A DNA stretch of 64,000 nucleotides from NCBI GenBank assembly GCA_033854175.1, contig JAWOKN010000096.1, positions 73,725 to 137,724 on the forward strand, written 5' to 3'. This stretch comes from Bacteroidota bacterium (GTDB lineage: Bacteria > Bacteroidota > Ignavibacteria > UBA10030 > SZUA-254). The position numbers and the translations under genes were made by a program. A model generated the notes under the pieces. It ran no database searches, had not been told where the DNA came from, and saw only the letters and a program-made list of their open reading frames with translations. Within the stretch, counting starts at the first letter, position 1. Every line of letters begins with the position of its first letter. This document shows positions 60,846-64,000 of the stretch, one piece after another.

Positions 60846-61790
60846 TTATCTCACGACTGGCGCCTCGGAATATTCAAGTTGTCTTGAACGGCTATTCAGA
60901 GATGCAAGTATCCCGAGTGGTATCATGAATGAATTTTTCCGGTGTCCGTATTGAAATCCGCCCAGGACGGGGTAGGGGTATTCAGCAAAGACTTCCCGGA
61001 AGACCTGTGTGAGGGTCAGCGAGGGTTTTCCGGAATCCGGAGTGCAACCGATGAAGCGGCCAAGTGCAACTCCCCTTGATCTTTTCAGAATTCCTGCGAG
61101 ACGAATTTGCTGAAGGAGGCGATCGATCCGGTACGGCCGTTCATCAAGTTCTTCCAAAAGGAGAATGATATCGCGGATGGATGGAAAATACGTAGTACCG
61201 ACCAGTGCCGCTGTAAGAGAAAGATTTCCACCCACTATTCTCCCTGAAGCATTTTCTTTTCGTCGATATGATGGTGATGAAAGATCATCATGGCAGGCGA
61301 GTGGTTGCGGGATGGAGGGGGAAGTCAGCATTTCCCAGAATAACTCTTCCGCTTTTCCGCTCAACGTGGTTCCCATGTCTGAAGCGACCATAGGACCGGA
61401 GAAGGTGACCAATCCTGTCCGGGTGAATAAGGCCAGCTGGAGGGCAGTGATGTCGCTGTATCCGACAAAGATCTTTGGATTTTTTTGAATGTGGGGATAA
61501 TCCAGCATCGGAAGGATACGGTGCGAACCGTATCCGCCACGGGCAACGAAAACGGCCCGTACCTGATGATCGGAAAAAAGATCGTTGATATCCGCTGCTC
61601 GTTGCGTATCGGTACCCGCAAGATAACCATGTCGCCGATAGAGATTTTTGCCAAGCTTGACCCGATAACCGTTCCGTTCAAGATATCTGATCCCCCGGTT
61701 GAGATTTTCATTCACAGCTGGTGCACTTGCCGGTGCACAGATTCCAATGACGTCTCCCCTTTTCAACATATGTGGCCTATGGGTTTTCAT
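60846..61790 (-). CDS. ldcA: LD-carboxypeptidase (S66 family)
   Basis: GDVIGICAPASAP, GYSDITAL (the nucleophile Ser) and a C-terminal H/E region. Confidence 0.8.
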   Translation of the reverse strand: MKTHRPHMLKRGDVIGICAPASAPAVNENLNRGIRYLERNGYRVKLGKNLYRRHGYLAGTDTQRAADINDLFSDHQVRAVFVARGGYGSHRILPMLDYPHIQKNPKIFVGYSDITALQLALFTRTGLVTFSGPMVASDMGTTLSGKAEELFWEMLTSPSIPQPLACHDDLSSPSYRRKENASGRIVGGNLSLTAALVGTTYFPSIRDIILLLEELDERPYRIDRLLQQIRLAGILKRSRGVALGRFIGCTPDSGKPSLTLTQVFREVFAEYPYPVLGGFQYGHRKNSFMIPLGILASLNSRSRQLEYSEAPVVR

Positions 61791-61977
61791 TTCGGGTGGT
61801 ATAAATTAACGATCTTCTCTGTGAACTCAAAATGTTACTATGTCGGGCACAAGATGAAGTCCCATCGTGAGAATGCATGTGGAGGGCAATCTCTTTGGAA
61901 TTCGGGGATTTCTTCTGTACCTTTCCGCGACCATAATGTGCCTTGCGATAAAGTAACATTTTCCAGGAGGTAAAACC

Positions 61978-62868
61978 ATGATCTTTTTGTTTTTTCTCAT
62001 AATTGGTATCCTTGCATTTACGCTCTGGAGGTCAGCCCGGAAAAAAGTAGTTGAACAGCATAACATGATGTATAAGACCGGAATGATGCTCAGCGGCATC
62101 ATTGCTTTCGGGTCTTTTTTGCTCGCATTTATACAATGTTTTACAGTAATTCCTGCAGGACATGTGGGGGTGGTGGATTTTTTTGGAACCGTTCAGGAGT
62201 CGACATTAAAAGCGGGAATTAATTTTGTCAATCCCCTGGCCCGAATTGTGAAAATGTCGGTGCAGACACAGGAAATCAAGGAAACAATGGACACCCCGAG
62301 CAAAGAGGGATTGACAACCCAGATTGAGGTGAGTGTCCTTTATCATCTTCATCCCGAGAAGGCTGCGGACGTATACAAATCGGTGGGTGAATCGTACGAA
62401 CACATTGTTCTGGAGCCGCAGTTCAGATCCGTGAGCCGCGGGGTGACGGCTCTCTATGAGGCGAAAGCGTTGTACACATCCGAGCGAGGGATCCTTGAAA
62501 ACCTTATCTACCAGGATTTAAGCAAGCTCGTCGAGGGACGGGGGGTGGTTATCGAGTCGACCCCAATGCGAAGAGTTGGATTACCACCCGGATTATCAGC
62601 ATCGATTGAAGAAAAATTACGGATGGAGCAGGAGAGTCAGCGGATGCAATTTGTGCTGCAGAAAGAGCGCCAGGAAGCAGATCGGAAACGTATTGAAGCG
62701 CAGGGCATAGCAGATTTTCAGAAAATTGTCACGGCGGGAATCAGCGACAACCTCCTCCGTTGGAAAGGGATTGAAGCTACGATGAAGATTGCAGAGTCAA
62801 ATAATACGAAGGTCGTTATTGTCGGAAGTGGAAAAGACGGGTTACCGATCATCCTAGATACAAAATAA
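61978..62868 (+). CDS. SPFH/Band-7 (prohibitin-family) membrane protein
   Basis: An N-terminal TM helix, an SPFH core (VIPAGHVGVV...GINFVNPL...), and a C-terminal coiled coil (QKERQEADRKRIEAQGIADFQKI). Confidence 0.85.
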   Translation: MIFLFFLIIGILAFTLWRSARKKVVEQHNMMYKTGMMLSGIIAFGSFLLAFIQCFTVIPAGHVGVVDFFGTVQESTLKAGINFVNPLARIVKMSVQTQEIKETMDTPSKEGLTTQIEVSVLYHLHPEKAADVYKSVGESYEHIVLEPQFRSVSRGVTALYEAKALYTSERGILENLIYQDLSKLVEGRGVVIESTPMRRVGLPPGLSASIEEKLRMEQESQRMQFVLQKERQEADRKRIEAQGIADFQKIVTAGISDNLLRWKGIEATMKIAESNNTKVVIVGSGKDGLPIILDTK

Positions 62869-62918
62869 AATGCACGGGAGTTCATCTCGTTGGGAATGGT
62901 GGGATGATCGCGCAGATT

Positions 62919-63068
62919 TTATGAGTCGAGATCGCCCAAAAGTTCGTCGATGCAGTAGCGCTGATCTGGGTCTTTGATACTGATTTTGGTCTTTTGTTCT
63001 TTATGCCGAACAATGACCGTCAGCAGAAAAGCGCTCGCGAGCAAGCCTGCTATTGTCCAGAATTTCAT
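62919..63068 (-). CDS. Small single-TM protein (49 aa if started at MKFW)
   Basis: MKFWTIAGLLASAFLLTVIVRHKEQK..., with GGGAGAAG 3 nt before the ATG at 63068. The listed ORF extends to 63143 but overlaps the upstream small ORF. Confidence 0.3.
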   Translation of the reverse strand: MKFWTIAGLLASAFLLTVIVRHKEQKTKISIKDPDQRYCIDELLGDLDS

Positions 63069-63087
63069 AGCTTCTCCCATCGTGTAA

Positions 63088-63237
63088 TTATTGAACGGTA
63101 ATGAGCCCTTCTGATTTCCATAATTCAAGGTAGATGATCGCATACCAATGTTGTTTTGTCATCTCCTCATGGAGTATATATTCCAGGATCGTCCTCTGTT
63201 GTCTGGTAATACTCTGGAGTTGGTATTTCATGCGCAT
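63088..63237 (-). CDS. Unlisted 49-aa ORF with a winged-helix-like pattern
   Basis: Hand translation gives MRMKYQLQSITRQQRTILEYILHEEMTKQHWYAIIYLELWKSEGLITVQ, and the stop is TAA at 63088-63090. It ends 20 nt upstream of the MKFW small-TM ORF. It is antisense to the listed ORF 63148-63357. Confidence 0.3.
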   Translation of the reverse strand: MRMKYQLQSITRQQRTILEYILHEEMTKQHWYAIIYLELWKSEGLITVQ

Positions 63238-63273
63238 ATAGTTGATTCTCTGTTGTTCATTCTTCTGCCTTCA

Positions 63274-63326
63274 ATAAAGAAAGAAAATACAGGGGCACGT
63301 GTGCGTTTTGTCACAACGCGTGCCCC
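63274..63326 (-). terminator. Hairpin plus T-rich tract after the CPXCG gene
   Basis: An 8-bp stem pairs 63292-63299 with 63319-63326 (GGGGCACG and CGTGCCCC on the plus strand), with inner TGTG/CACA pairs. On the minus strand it is followed by TATTTTCTTTCTTTATT. Confidence 0.5.
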
Positions 63327-63381
63327 GTATCACTCGAATTCGAAGAAAATGAACTGAAGAAAGGTGCTAGGAGGGAAGTGC

Positions 63382-63573
63382 TTACCCATCAAAATCGACG
63401 ATAATGTCGATATTACCATCATATCCGAGGGAAAAGGATATACGATTAGGGCGGCAACAGACTGTGCAGTCTTCCGTCAATGTTTGTTTCGTCCCCGCGG
63501 ACAAATCGATCAGAATTTCATTCTCTTCTCCGCAGGATGCACAGCGGTACGAGAGCAGATATGAGGGATCCAT
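63382..63573 (-). CDS. CPXCG-motif cysteine-rich small protein
   Basis: MDPSYLLSYRCASCGEENEILIDL...EDCTVCCRPNRI, 63 aa from the internal Met. The longer listed form (to 63630) would overlap the divergent rluE-like start. Confidence 0.7.
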   Translation of the reverse strand: MDPSYLLSYRCASCGEENEILIDLSAGTKQTLTEDCTVCCRPNRISFSLGYDGNIDIIVDFDG

Positions 63574-63609
63574 AATGAAGGATTTCACAATTGTTTGAGT
63601 ATCCTCGTC

Positions 63610-64000
63610 ATGATAAGAAAAAAATACCATTCTATCATATTCAACAAACCCTTTGGGGTTCTCTGTCAGTTTTCAGATACCCGCGGGCGGAAAACCATAG
63701 CAGATTTTGGACCGTTTCCACCGGATGTCTATCCTGCCGGAAGGCTCGACGCGGATAGCGAAGGACTTGTCCTTCTTACGAATGACGGTATTTTACAGCA
63801 TTGCCTTATGGATCCTGGATACAGACACCCGAGGACGTACTTGGTACTTGTTGAAAGGATTCCGGATGCGACCGCGCTCGAGAAATTACGACACGGTGTG
63901 ATCATTGAGTCGCGAAAAACAAATCCCGCCACGGTGGATGTGGTAGTAGGGCAGCCAAAGCTCTGGGATCGTGAAGTTCCCATACGGTATCGTAAGAACG
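63610..64000 (+). CDS. RsuA/RluE-family pseudouridine synthase (3' end lies outside the window)
   Basis: Hand translation from the ATG at 63610 gives MIRKKYHSIIFNKPFGVLCQFSD...YPAGRLDADSEGLVLLTNDG...RTYLVLVE. The frame is open to the window end and is not in the ORF track. Confidence 0.85.
   Translation, partial: MIRKKYHSIIFNKPFGVLCQFSDTRGRKTIADFGPFPPDVYPAGRLDADSEGLVLLTNDGILQHCLMDPGYRHPRTYLVLVERIPDATALEKLRHGVIIESRKTNPATVDVVVGQPKLWDREVPIRYRKN

Noticed and set aside
63148-63357. Listed 69-aa plus-strand ORF
   Set aside because: It runs through the terminator hairpin at 63292-63326 and is antisense to a better-supported small minus-strand ORF.
63574-63630. Longer 82-aa form of the CPXCG protein overlapping the divergent pseudouridine synthase start
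   Set aside because: CPXCG proteins are about 60 aa. The internal Met at 63573 removes the 21-nt head-to-head overlap with the ATG at 63610.

Overview
The window is 64 kb of densely packed bacterial chromosome with about 58 protein-coding genes, no rRNA or tRNA genes, no CRISPR array and no recognisable transposase or integrase. Gene content points to the FCB superphylum (Ignavibacteriota/Bacteroidota-like). The markers are an S8 protease with a T9SS C-terminal sorting domain, a BatA_N/VWA protein, a CarboxypepD_reg/DUF5686-type protein, DUF3109 and DUF4139. Most of the window is housekeeping. It includes three tandem parvulin/SurA chaperones with moxR, rplU-rpmA, mdh, pyrG, kdsB, plsC, mgtA, rsmA and asmA. 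It also includes a tight hisA-like-pfkB-dapB-dapA-dapD-rmlD-like-serS string, a heterodimeric ABC exporter, fbp, etfBA, pdxJ, mreBCD-mrdA-rodA, purHN, ldcA and an SPFH protein. Four things stand out. (1) A self-contained two-gene BMC shell cassette (51.8-53.0 kb) has its own promoter and terminator but no cargo enzymes or pentamer anywhere in the window, and one paralog carries a Pro-rich linker plus a Rho_N/HeH-like tail. (2) A decayed accessory locus at 25.5-26.9 kb is a chain of ORFs broken by two in-frame TAG codons and several frame changes. (3) Next to it, about 0.7 kb of non-coding DNA holds an orphan bidirectional terminator, a palindromic shared -35 element and a mini-ORF. (4) Several unlisted small ORFs below 60 codons have good expression signals. 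All calls rest on motif recognition and hand translation, and no database search was possible.
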